This document shows positions 7,439 through 15,793 of a stretch of 35,817 bases of DNA, piece after piece; position 1 is the first letter of the stretch; the number at the start of each line of letters is the position of its first letter. The stretch lies in contig CAKVMF010000001.1 in assembly GCA_934771675.1 (NCBI GenBank), positions 1 through 35,817 of the forward strand. The letters run 5' to 3'. Below the pieces are notes generated by a model. That model searched no databases, had not been told where the DNA came from, and saw only the letters and a program-made list of their open reading frames with translations. The position numbers and the translations under genes are program-made. This DNA comes from an uncultured Clostridia bacterium. GTDB lineage: Bacteria > Bacillota > Clostridia > Christensenellales > UBA1242.

Positions 7439-9679
7439 ATGGAAATTTCAAAAGCACTAGCCGCAGAATTTAATATTAAAGAAGAATATTCAAACAACCT
7501 TATTTCACTTCTTGATGAAGGGGCAACAATTCCATTTATTGCGAGATACAGAAAGGAAATGCATGGAAGTTTGGATGATCAGGTTATACGTCAATTTGCT
7601 GACAGACTCACATATCTTCGCAACTTTGAAGATAGAAAAAAATCTATTATAAAAAACATTGATGAGCAAGGTAAACTCACTGATGAAATTGTTAAAAAAC
7701 TTGATGCCGCAAAAACATTAACGGAACTTGAAGATATATATAGACCATTCAAGCCAAAACGTCAAACAAGAGCAACAATTGCTATTGCAAAAGGTTTGGA
7801 GCCACTGGCAGAAATCATTATGGCTCAAAAACCAGACGGCAAAACTTTGGAAGAACTTGCAACTCCATTTGTTGATGTAGAAAAAGGTGTTGAAACAGTT
7901 GATGATGCAATTGCAGGAGCAAAAGATATTATTGCAGAAAAGATTTCAGATGACAGCGACCTTCGAAAAGAACTCAGAACATTCATGCAAAAAACAGGGT
8001 TCATTTCAAGCGTTCTCAAAAAAGCAAAGGAAGAAAAGAAAACCAAAAAGCAGGTTATTGACAATAGCAACAAGTATGAAGACAAAGAAGGCAGCGAAAA
8101 AGCAAAAGATGCTGACACATATTTGGTTTATGATGGATTCAAACAAGAAATCAGCAAGATTCCTTCACACAGAATTTTGGCTATCAACCGTGGTGAAAAT
8201 GAAGGTTTCTTGAAAGTTACTTTGGAATATAATGAAGATAAATGTTTGGAAATCATTGAAAAGAATTACAAGATTAAAGACACAATTTTCAAAGATTTGC
8301 TTGCAGAAGTTCAAAAAGATTCTTTTGAAAGACTTATTGAACCAAGCCTTGAAAGAGAAATTAGAGCAGAACTTACTGACGCTGCAAACGAACAAGCAAT
8401 AAAGAATTTTGAAATTAACTTAAAGCCACTTTTGATGGAAGCTCCACTTAAAGGCAAAAGAATTTTGGGCTTTGACCCAGGATACAGAATGGGTTGCAAA
8501 CTTGCAGTTATTGATGAAAACGGAACAGTTTTGGATACAAACGTTATCTATCCAACCGAGCCATTCAAAAAGATTGATGAAAGCAAACGCATCATGACAG
8601 AACTTATTTCAAAATGGAAAGTTGATGTAATTTCAATCGGAAACGGAACAGCTAGCAAAGAAAGTGAAATTTTTGTTGCTGACCTTATCAAAACCCTTTC
8701 AAGAAAAGTTGGCTATGCAGTCGTTTCAGAGGCTGGTGCTTCAGTTTATTCAGCAAGCAAACTTGGTGCTGAAGAATTTCCAAACTTCAATGTAAATTTG
8801 AGAAGTGCGGTTTCAATTGCAAGACGTCTTCAAGATCCACTTGCCGAACTTATTAAAATTGATGTTAAGTCAATTGGTGTTGGTCAATATCAACATGATA
8901 TGCCACAAAAACGTTTAACTGAAGTTCTTGATGGTGTTGTTGAAGATTGCGTTAACGCTGTTGGTGCTGATGTAAACACTGCAAGTGTAAGTTTGCTTAA
9001 AAGAGTCGCTGGTTTAAATGAAGGCATTGCAAAAAATATTGTAGCTTACCGTGAAAAGAATGGTGCTTTCAAAGTTAGAGCCGATTTATTGAATGTTTCA
9101 AAACTCGGCGAAAAAGCATTTGAACAATGTGCTGGCTTCCTTAGAATTGTAAACGGCTCTGAAATTTTGGATAACACTTCAGTTCACCCTGAAAGTTATG
9201 AACCAGCAAGAGAACTTTTGAAAATCTTCAAGATGACGGAAGAAGATGTTAAAAACGGAAAAGTTTCAAGACTTCCTGAACTTGTTGAAGATGCAGGTGA
9301 AGAAAAAATTGCAAAACAAGTTGGTGTTGGTGTTCCAACGTTAACAGATATTGTTGCTGAACTTGTAAAACCAGGTAGAGATATTCGTGAAGAAGCAGAG
9401 CATTTGGAACTGAGAACTGATGTGCTTGGAATTGAAGATCTTAAAGTTGGTATGGTTTTGAAAGGAACAGTTAGAAACGTTATTGACTTTGGTGCGTTTG
9501 TTGATATTGGTGTTCACCAAGATGGACTTGTTCACATAAGTGAAATTTGTGATAGATACATCAAACATCCAAGTGAAGAACTCACTGTTGGTCAAATTGT
9601 TAAGGTAAAAGTTATTAGCCTTGATCTTGCAAAAAAACGTATTGGTCTTTCAATTAAAAAAGCAACCGATGAAGAATAA
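7439..9679 (+). CDS. tex: Tex-like transcription accessory protein (YqgF-like, HhH and C-terminal S1 domains)
   Basis: The N-terminus ...LLDEGATIPFIARYRKEMHGSLDD is the classic Tex start. ILGFDPGYRMGCKLAVIDENG is the YqgF/RuvC-like part. The C-terminus GMVLKGTVRNVIDFGAFVDIGVHQDGLVHISE is an S1 domain. Confidence 0.9.
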   Translation: MEISKALAAEFNIKEEYSNNLISLLDEGATIPFIARYRKEMHGSLDDQVIRQFADRLTYLRNFEDRKKSIIKNIDEQGKLTDEIVKKLDAAKTLTELEDIYRPFKPKRQTRATIAIAKGLEPLAEIIMAQKPDGKTLEELATPFVDVEKGVETVDDAIAGAKDIIAEKISDDSDLRKELRTFMQKTGFISSVLKKAKEEKKTKKQVIDNSNKYEDKEGSEKAKDADTYLVYDGFKQEISKIPSHRILAINRGENEGFLKVTLEYNEDKCLEIIEKNYKIKDTIFKDLLAEVQKDSFERLIEPSLEREIRAELTDAANEQAIKNFEINLKPLLMEAPLKGKRILGFDPGYRMGCKLAVIDENGTVLDTNVIYPTEPFKKIDESKRIMTELISKWKVDVISIGNGTASKESEIFVADLIKTLSRKVGYAVVSEAGASVYSASKLGAEEFPNFNVNLRSAVSIARRLQDPLAELIKIDVKSIGVGQYQHDMPQKRLTEVLDGVVEDCVNAVGADVNTASVSLLKRVAGLNEGIAKNIVAYREKNGAFKVRADLLNVSKLGEKAFEQCAGFLRIVNGSEILDNTSVHPESYEPARELLKIFKMTEEDVKNGKVSRLPELVEDAGEEKIAKQVGVGVPTLTDIVAELVKPGRDIREEAEHLELRTDVLGIEDLKVGMVLKGTVRNVIDFGAFVDIGVHQDGLVHISEICDRYIKHPSEELTVGQIVKVKVISLDLAKKRIGLSIKKATDEE

Positions 9680-9684
9680 TTATA

Positions 9685-9709
9685 AGCACCAAAATTTTGG
9701 TGCTTTTTT
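9685..9709 (+). terminator. Terminator after tex
   Basis: agcaccaaaa/ttttggtgct perfect hairpin followed by ttttt. Confidence 0.7.
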
Positions 9710-9758
9710 ATTGTTAATTTTTTTTGTTTTGTGATAATATAATTTTAAGGAGAAAACT

Positions 9759-10298
9759 ATGAAATATTTAATTGCAACAGATATTCACGGAAGTTCAATT
9801 TCGGCAAAAATAATCAAGGAAAAATTTGAAAAAATCGGTGCAAACAAACTGGTTTTGCTTGGCGATATTTTGTATCATGGTGCAAGAAATGATTTGCCAG
9901 AAGGTTACGCTCCAAAAGAAGTAACTGAAATTTTAAACTCACTTGCAGACAAAATTATTGCAGTTCGTGGAAATTGTGATAGCGAAGTTGACCAAATGGT
10001 TTTAAATTTCATGATAAATGAAAATGCTGCGATTGATATTGGCGGAAAATTTGTTTTTCTTACTCATGGTCATCATATAAATCCTGAAACTCCAGCAAAA
10101 CTTGCAAATGGAAGTATTGTGCTTTATGGACATTTTCATGTTACAAAGAAAACCGTTGTTGATGGAGTGACTTACATCAATGTTGCAAGCATAACGTTGC
10201 CAAAAAACGGCTGCGAAAAATGCTATGGAATATTGGATGAAAAAGGTGTTCAAATATTCAACTTAAACGACCAATTGATTCTTGAAGAAAAATTCTAA
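9759..10298 (+). CDS. YfcE/MJ0936-like metallophosphoesterase (phosphodiesterase)
   Basis: Metallophosphoesterase motifs are present in order: ATDIHGS, LGDILYHG, RGNCD, THGH, GHFH. GGAG RBS. Confidence 0.8.
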   Translation: MKYLIATDIHGSSISAKIIKEKFEKIGANKLVLLGDILYHGARNDLPEGYAPKEVTEILNSLADKIIAVRGNCDSEVDQMVLNFMINENAAIDIGGKFVFLTHGHHINPETPAKLANGSIVLYGHFHVTKKTVVDGVTYINVASITLPKNGCEKCYGILDEKGVQIFNLNDQLILEEKF

Positions 10299-10379
10299 AA
10301 ATCGCAAAAAATTAAAATAAATAGTGAAAAATAATATAAATTTATGCAAAAAATCAATATTTTTGCAAAAAAGGACTGT

Positions 10380-10577
10380 ATGAAAGTAATTTTTAATCCA
10401 GACAAAGAGATTGTTAAACTGGTTCAAGAAGGTTTAAAAAGGACCGGCGGTTATTGCCCTTGCGTTGTCAAAAAAAGTGAAGATACAAAATGCATGTGCA
10501 AGGAATTTAGAGAACAAATTAAAGATTCAGAATTTGAAGGATTTTGTAGATGCAGACTTTACTATAAGGAAAAATAA
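10380..10577 (+). CDS. Small Cys-rich protein resembling the ferredoxin-thioredoxin reductase catalytic subunit
   Basis: GGYCPCVVKKSEDTKCMCKEFREQIKDSEFEGFCRCRLYYKEK carries a CPC...CxC...CxC pattern like FTR-B domain proteins of anaerobic Firmicutes. The start is uncertain (10344 or 10380). Confidence 0.5.
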   Translation: MKVIFNPDKEIVKLVQEGLKRTGGYCPCVVKKSEDTKCMCKEFREQIKDSEFEGFCRCRLYYKEK

Positions 10578-10578
10578 T

Positions 10579-11352
10579 ATGGAAAAAATATTCAATGCAA
10601 AAGATGAACTTGAAAATCTTGTAAATTTCATTCGTGATTATTACAAAAAATGTAATCTTGGCGGTACAGTTATTGGGCTTTCTGGCGGAAAGGATAGCGG
10701 TGTTGCTCTTGGTGTGCTTGTAAAAGCTCTTGGTAGTGAAAACGTTGTTGCAGTAACGCTTCCATGTCATTCTGGTGAAGAAGATAAACTTTTAGCCGAA
10801 AAAGTTGCAGAACATTTTGGTGTAAAGACCTACAATTTTGACCTTACAAATGTTAATGATGAGTTTGAAAAATCTTTTGAAAAAACTCATGGAAAGCTTA
10901 ACAAAGATGATTTGAAAAATAGCAATATAAATTTAAAACCAAGGCTTCGAATGGCAAGTTTGTATTATTATTCTGCAATGCTTTCAAGTGTGAAAAAAGT
11001 GCCATATCTTGTTGCTGGAACTAGCAACAAATGTGAACTTTATGTTGGTTATTTCACAAAAGGTGGCGATCAAGTTTGCGATATTGCAATCCTTTCAAGT
11101 TTTACTGTTAGTGAAGTTATTGAAATTGGAAAAGAACTTGGTGTTCCTGAATCTGTTTTGTTTAGAGCTCCAAGTGATGGGCTTTCTGGACAAACTGATG
11201 AAGACAAATTGGGTGTAACTTACGCAGATATTGAAAAGGTTATAAATGGAACTTTGACTTCAGGTGATGTGTATGAAAAAATAAAAAAAATGCACGCCGC
11301 TGCTAGCCATAAGTTTTCTGTTCCTGCATACCAAAGAAAGGAGAATTGTTAA
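10579..11352 (+). CDS. nadE: NH3-dependent NAD+ synthetase
   Basis: GLSGGKDSGVAL is a PP-loop (SGGxDS) and the length is NadE-like. I chose the ATG at 10579 (MEKIFNAKDEL), because the track ORF start at 10465 overlaps the upstream gene. Confidence 0.85.
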   Translation: MEKIFNAKDELENLVNFIRDYYKKCNLGGTVIGLSGGKDSGVALGVLVKALGSENVVAVTLPCHSGEEDKLLAEKVAEHFGVKTYNFDLTNVNDEFEKSFEKTHGKLNKDDLKNSNINLKPRLRMASLYYYSAMLSSVKKVPYLVAGTSNKCELYVGYFTKGGDQVCDIAILSSFTVSEVIEIGKELGVPESVLFRAPSDGLSGQTDEDKLGVTYADIEKVINGTLTSGDVYEKIKKMHAAASHKFSVPAYQRKENC

Positions 11353-11933
11353 TGAAAATTGGAGTTTATGTTGGAAGTTTTAATCCTATTCACTTTGCTC
11401 ATTTAAAGATTGCTTCGCAGTTTTTGAATTCAAAATTATTGGACAAGATTATTTTTGTGCCAGCAGGGGATGAGTATGAAAAGAGGGGACTTGAAAGTGG
11501 AAAACATAGATTTCAAATGGTAAAGATTGCAACTCAAAACAATCCAAATTTTTTGGTTTCTGATATAGAGATAAAGCATCGAAAATTATCAACTTACAAA
11601 ACCCTTGAGATTTTTAGAGAAGAATATCCAAATGATGAAATTGTTTTGATTATGGGTGCGGATAACTTAAAGGAAATTTATTGGTGGGATCATGCAGATG
11701 TTTTGCTCAGTCAATATATAATTTATGTTATGACACGAAATGGTCTTCATCAAGAAAATTTCCCAGAGTATAATGACAATAAAAACATTTTGTTTATAAA
11801 TTTTGACATTGATATATGCGCAACAAATATTCGAAAAGATATCGAAAATCAAAGGTTTGATGACGCAATAAAAAATGTTCCACTTGAAGTTGTGGAATAT
11901 ATAAAAACTAACAAATTGTATGGAGCAAAATAA
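11352..11933 (+). CDS. nadD: Nicotinate-nucleotide adenylyltransferase
   Basis: MKIGVYVGSFNPIHFAHL carries the (T/H)xGH-type nucleotidyltransferase motif. The AAGGAG RBS lies upstream and the start overlaps the nadE stop as TAATG. Confidence 0.85.
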   Translation: MKIGVYVGSFNPIHFAHLKIASQFLNSKLLDKIIFVPAGDEYEKRGLESGKHRFQMVKIATQNNPNFLVSDIEIKHRKLSTYKTLEIFREEYPNDEIVLIMGADNLKEIYWWDHADVLLSQYIIYVMTRNGLHQENFPEYNDNKNILFINFDIDICATNIRKDIENQRFDDAIKNVPLEVVEYIKTNKLYGAK

Positions 11934-12406
11934 TGAAAACAATTGAGCAAAAAGTCTATGAAAAATTAAAAGAAAAAAATTACAAAGTGTCAACTGCTGA
12001 AAGTTGCACTGGCGGGATGCTTGCAGGAAGAATAATCAATGTTTCTGGTGCTTCCGAAATTTTTGATTTTGGAGCGGTAACTTATGCAAATGAGTTTAAG
12101 GTTAGTGAACTTGGTGTAAGCGAAAAATCAATTGAATCAGAAGGCGTGGTTAGTGAGCTTGTTGCTGGCGAAATGGCTGAGGGGATTGCGAAAAAATCTG
12201 GCGCAAATGTTGGTTTATCAACATCCGGAATTGCTGGCCCATCTGGCGGAACAGCAACCAAACCTGTTGGAATGGTTTGCTTTGGAATTTGTATAGATGG
12301 AGAAGTTTTTACATTCACAAAATATTTTAAACCAAAGTCAAGAAAATATGTTAGAACTCAAAGTGTAAAGTTTATTCTTGAAAAACTTTTAGAATTGTTA
12401 AAGTAA
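11933..12406 (+). CDS. pncC: CinA C-terminal-type nicotinamide-nucleotide amidohydrolase
   Basis: TAESCTGGMLAG...GVSEKSIESEGVVSELVAGEMAEG...TSGIAGPSGGT...KPVGMV are canonical CinA/PncC blocks. The start overlaps the nadD stop as TAATG. Confidence 0.8.
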   Translation: MKTIEQKVYEKLKEKNYKVSTAESCTGGMLAGRIINVSGASEIFDFGAVTYANEFKVSELGVSEKSIESEGVVSELVAGEMAEGIAKKSGANVGLSTSGIAGPSGGTATKPVGMVCFGICIDGEVFTFTKYFKPKSRKYVRTQSVKFILEKLLELLK

Positions 12407-12545
12407 AAAACGCAAAATTATGTTTTTATTATTAAAAAATAGTGCAAAAAATATAAAAAATACCTAAAAATCCAGAAATTAGATATAAATCCACTTAAAA
12501 GGCAAAGAGGGTGGGCAAGTGTTTCACTTTAAATTTAAAAACCAC

Positions 12546-12575
12546 TTGACAAACATGCCAACAATTCATTATACT
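12546..12575 (+). promoter_or_regulatory. Sigma-70-type promoter upstream of tRNA-Thr
   Basis: TTGACA (12546-12551), an 18-nt spacer, then TATACT (12570-12575). Confidence 0.55.
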
Positions 12576-12645
12576 ATGTGCGTTGGTGATTGATCTTTCA
12601 AAAGGCGAATATATGTTTTTGAAATCAACACAGCAAATATACTAT

Positions 12646-12720
12646 GCTGGTGTGGCTCAGCGGTAGAGCACCACCTTGGTAAGGTGGGGGTCACGGGTCC
12701 GATTCCCGTCACCAGCTCCA
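12646..12720 (+). tRNA. tRNA-Thr (anticodon GGT), CCA encoded
   Basis: Manual cloverleaf: acceptor gctggtg/caccagc, D arm gctc-agcggta-gagc, anticodon arm ccacc-ttGGTaa-ggtgg, T arm acggg-tccgatt-cccgt, then t-cca. Confidence 0.9.
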
Positions 12721-12723
12721 TTA
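12676..12723. repeat. attL: 48-bp direct repeat (3' half of tRNA-Thr plus 3 nt)
   Basis: ttggtaaggtgggggtcacgggtccgattcccgtcaccagctccatta is identical at 12676-12723 and 23145-23192, checked base by base. Confidence 0.9.
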
Positions 12724-12730
12724 TCAAAAA

Positions 12731-12771
12731 CCCTTGAAAACCTAGTAAAATAGGCACTTTCAAGGGTTTTT
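12731..12771 (+). terminator. Hairpin terminator directly after tRNA-Thr (island-borne)
   Basis: cccttgaaa ... tttcaaggg stem followed by ttttt. Confidence 0.55.
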
Positions 12772-12855
12772 CTTTTGCTCAAAATTTTGCTTAATTTTAG
12801 GCTAAAAATACAATAGGTATAGTAAACTGCTCCAAAAAGTGTAGTAAATTTGCAT

Positions 12856-12894
12856 AAAAAAAGACCGAGAGTTCAATTTTTAAACTCCCAGTCT
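12856..12894 (-). terminator. Minus-strand hairpin terminator near attL
   Basis: agaccgagagtt (12862-12873) pairs with aactcccagtct (12883-12894), allowing G-U pairs. There is a T-run on the minus strand (plus A-run 12856-12862). A homologous element lies at 23326-23364. Confidence 0.5.
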
Positions 12895-12942
12895 AATTCT
12901 TCTTAAATTAAATAAATATTCTATACGAAGTCAATTGGTGCT

Positions 12943-13295
12943 AAAAAAAATAAGCATGTTCATCAAGTATGCTTATTTCCCAATATTTTTTTACTGCTCT
13001 CTGCATCCTCGGGTGGATTTTTTTCGTACGATAGCGCATGATACTCTTCGTATTGCAAGCCCCGGCGTTGCCAGTTCTATATCCATCAATCGTAAAAGTT
13101 GCATATTGTTTTAGCCCCCTTTACCACCCTACAAACAAGCTGATGAAACTTGTTTCTTCGAGTCGTCCTCCTTGATGTAGTTATTGTTCTACATTGTTTT
13201 TTTGTTGCCCTTTAGCTCAGACGATTAAGCAGAACGGGCAATTTCAAAAATTGTGTCATAAAGACACCTCCTTATTGCCTCATTGGCTTATTAAA
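12943..13295 (-). other. Promoter- and terminator-bounded ~340-nt GC-enriched unit with no long ORF (small protein(s) or structured RNA)
   Basis: Minus-strand TTGAAT, 17 nt, then TATTAT at ~13270-13298. The terminator is aataagcat...atgcttatt plus T8 (plus 12943-12977). Inside are AAGGAGG-led mini-ORFs (15 codons: MTQFLKLPVLLNRLS) and a 54-codon basic ORF that runs into the terminator. Confidence 0.4.
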
Positions 13296-13421
13296 TAATA
13301 TCATAATACATTAGAAAATTCAAGTCCGCATTTAATTTTTTTGTGTTTGTGTCTTTTTTGTATTGTTAAAGGATTCCTTGTCGTTTGATAAAATTTGATC
13401 TTTTTAAGCTTATTGGCAAAA

Positions 13422-14357
13422 CTAGACAGCAAGCATTTTGCCCATTTTGTTCATCATATCTGTTTTGTAAGACATCATTGAATGGGTATATCTTGTAAGA
13501 GTTACAACTGGATTTTTATGTCCAAGAATTTCGGATAGGGTTTTAACGTCCATTCCCATTTCAATAGCACGAGTTGCAAAGGTATGGCGAAGTGAGTGAA
13601 AGTTTTTATAACCAACACCAATTTTGCTCAAAATTCTTTCATAAGTCCTTTGATAAGCTCTCGTTCCAACAATTCCGCCAGTGCGGGTTGAAATAACATA
13701 TTTTGAATTAGATGTTTTCTTAATTTTTTTCAAAATATCTAATAATGCTTTAGGAAGTGGGATAACTCTGCTTGAATTTTTTGTTTTAGGATTATCTATC
13801 ACAATTCTAGGCACACCATTCTCTTTTATTCTATAACTAGTTTTCGTAATGCTCATAATTCCTGTTTGAAAATCCATATCTTCCCAAGTGAGAGCTAATA
13901 GTTCTCCTAGTCTAATTCCAGTATAAAGGCAAATTATAATTCCTACATAATTGTTTTTGTTTGAAGCAAGACAATATTTTTCAATTTTTTCTTGCTCGTG
14001 TTTTTCAAAAGCCGTAACAGGTTTTTCGGTTGGACTTGGCAACTTAATTTTCTTTATTTCATCTCTTTGCACTTTGTCCAATGATTTAGCGAGTGCCATA
14101 CTTCCTTTCAAAACATTCACAATTCCAATAACTGAGTTGTTAGCAAGTTTTCCGTTGTTATTTAGATTACCATTTTCAAGTTCACTCAAAACAAAATCTT
14201 GAAAAATCTCGCCATTTAGGTCATCTAATTTATAACTCCCAAGCTTAGGATTGATGTGTTTTTCTATGATGTATTTGTATCTATCATAGGTTCTGAGTTT
14301 CACAGTGTGTTTTGTGTATTTTTCTAGCCATACACTTAGCCATTCTTTAAGTTTCAT
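13422..14357 (-). CDS. Tyrosine-type site-specific recombinase / integrase
   Basis: N-terminal SAM-like core-binding region. Catalytic blocks are YTGIRLGELLALTWEDMD (Arg I), HSLRHTFATRAI (HxxR) and LGHKNPVVTLTRYTH (His...Tyr). GGAGG RBS. Confidence 0.9.
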   Translation of the reverse strand: MKLKEWLSVWLEKYTKHTVKLRTYDRYKYIIEKHINPKLGSYKLDDLNGEIFQDFVLSELENGNLNNNGKLANNSVIGIVNVLKGSMALAKSLDKVQRDEIKKIKLPSPTEKPVTAFEKHEQEKIEKYCLASNKNNYVGIIICLYTGIRLGELLALTWEDMDFQTGIMSITKTSYRIKENGVPRIVIDNPKTKNSSRVIPLPKALLDILKKIKKTSNSKYVISTRTGGIVGTRAYQRTYERILSKIGVGYKNFHSLRHTFATRAIEMGMDVKTLSEILGHKNPVVTLTRYTHSMMSYKTDMMNKMGKMLAV

Positions 14358-14495
14358 ATAAAAATCCTCCTTATTTATTTTAACTTGTAAAGGTTGTCCT
14401 TCTATCTCTATAAGGACATCTAAAGTTAAAAAATTAAGGAAGTAAATTCATATTTTGAAAATTTCTTAAAATTATTTTTAAAAAACATATAAAAA

Positions 14496-14648
14496 GACCA
14501 CCTACTATTGCGACAGATGTATAAAATTTTTTTAAAAAGCCATAAATTTTCAATTTTTCAATACAAATTTTAATAAAGTATGTTATACTCAATGTGTATT
14601 GAATTAAAAAATATGTAAAAGAGACCATCTGTCGCAATAATAGTAGGC
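14496..14648. repeat. Imperfect inverted repeat pair flanking a ~100-bp promoter-containing segment upstream of the methyltransferase
   Basis: Left arm 14496-14519 is gaccacctactattgcgacagatg. The right arm 14623-14648, reverse-complemented, is gcctactattattgcgacagatggtc (19 matched nt plus a 3-nt indel). Between them is an extended -10, TGtTATACT, at 14581-14589, pointing at the M gene. Confidence 0.6.
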
Positions 14649-14698
14649 TTTTATTAAATGACAAAAAATCATCTATTTCTCTTTTACACAAGGGAGAT

Positions 14699-15784
14699 AT
14701 GATGGAAAGTAATAATGTTTTACGAGTATTTGAAGGATTTGCTGGTTATGGTGGTGGAAGTTTTGCTTTGCGAAATTTAAAGAAAAAACATAAAAATTTT
14801 AACTATGAAGTCGTAGCATTTTCAGAAATTGACAAGTATGCAATAGATTTGTTCAATGCTAATCATAAAGATAGTCATGGTGGACTAATTAAAAATTATT
14901 CAGATATTACAAAAGCAAATCCTAATGACGACGATTTTCCAGATTTTGATTTATTTACTGGGGGCTTTCCTTGCCAACCATTTTCTACCGCAGGTATGCA
15001 AAAAGGTGTGGATGACCCTTATGGTCGCGGAACATTGTTTGAACATATTATGAGAATTTGTAAAGTTAAAAAACCAAAATACATTCTTTTAGAAAATGTT
15101 AAAGGGTTGCTTTCTAAAAAATTTGATGAAACAAGAAAACAGATGTGTAATATGTTGCGTGACATGGGTTATGTTTCTGATAAAAATGACCCAAAGGAAT
15201 CTCCATTGGCTATGGCAGTATTGAATAGTAAAGATTATGGAATTCCACAAAATCGAGAAAGAGTTTGGATGTTTGCAAGACTTGGTGGTTTACCAAAGGA
15301 TTTTTCTATGATTCCGCCACAAAGAAAAAATGAATTAAGACTTGGCGATTTTTTAGACCCAGTCGATAAAATTCCTAAAAACTTATATCTATCAGACAAA
15401 CAAATTGAGCATTTAAAAGAAAAACATAATATTAATAGTTTTATTGTTGATAAACCACTTTGTTTTGATGTTTATAACAAAAAAATTAAAACAGATGGGT
15501 ATTCCATAACTTTAACAATGCCCGAGCATAATAGCATCAGAGTAATTGAAGCACATAAAGACAAAGAAGTAGTCCGAAAAATGTCTGTCACTGAACAATT
15601 TAGACTTATGGGATTAGAAGGGTTAGAAAATAATGGACGAGAAGTAGACATTTATTTTAATAATCAATCTTATACACAACTTTCTAAAAGAGCAGGCAAC
15701 GGCTGGGATGTTAATTTAGTAACCATTTTACTTGAACATATTTTTTCTCAACTTAAAGATGATGATATATTCTCAGATTTTTAA
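14699..15784 (+). CDS. DNA (cytosine-5)-methyltransferase
   Basis: Motif I FEGFAGYGG, motif IV GGFPCQPFS, motif VI LLENVKGL, motif VIII QNRERVW and motif X GNGW. The true start may be the second ATG (14702), which has better spacing from GGGAG. Confidence 0.9.
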   Translation: MMESNNVLRVFEGFAGYGGGSFALRNLKKKHKNFNYEVVAFSEIDKYAIDLFNANHKDSHGGLIKNYSDITKANPNDDDFPDFDLFTGGFPCQPFSTAGMQKGVDDPYGRGTLFEHIMRICKVKKPKYILLENVKGLLSKKFDETRKQMCNMLRDMGYVSDKNDPKESPLAMAVLNSKDYGIPQNRERVWMFARLGGLPKDFSMIPPQRKNELRLGDFLDPVDKIPKNLYLSDKQIEHLKEKHNINSFIVDKPLCFDVYNKKIKTDGYSITLTMPEHNSIRVIEAHKDKEVVRKMSVTEQFRLMGLEGLENNGREVDIYFNNQSYTQLSKRAGNGWDVNLVTILLEHIFSQLKDDDIFSDF

Positions 15785-15793
15785 TTAAGGAGT

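Noticed and set aside
1151-9595. Numerous 60-110-aa ORFs nested or antisense within folD, thyX, the ABC-F gene, degV and tex (for example 1151-1372, 2030-2242, 4494-4739, 7825-8118, 8165-8395, 9341-9595). The same class occurs later, at 18180-18485, 24288-24611, 26617-26965 and 34756-35051.
   Set aside because: All are embedded in longer ORFs with clear family motifs. They have low-complexity composition and no RBS, as expected for shadow ORFs in AT-rich DNA.
10465-10578. N-terminal extension of the nadE ORF as listed in the track
   Set aside because: The extension overlaps the Cys-rich upstream gene in another frame. NadE homology begins at MEKIFNAKDEL (ATG 10579).
12576-12645. Hairpin in the tRNA-Thr leader (ttgatctttcaaaa / ttttgaaatcaa)
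   Set aside because: It is probably just a processing or leader structure of the pre-tRNA. There is no T-box, riboswitch or ORF features.
12569-12763. 64-aa minus-strand ORF in the track
   Set aside because: It lies antisense across tRNA-Thr and its terminator and has no RBS. It is an artefact of the GC-rich tRNA sequence.
14434-14691. 85-aa minus-strand ORF between the integrase and the methyltransferase
   Set aside because: It covers the promoter and both inverted-repeat arms. It is low-complexity I/L/F/K-rich with no RBS, and the integrase already has its own start and RBS at 14357.
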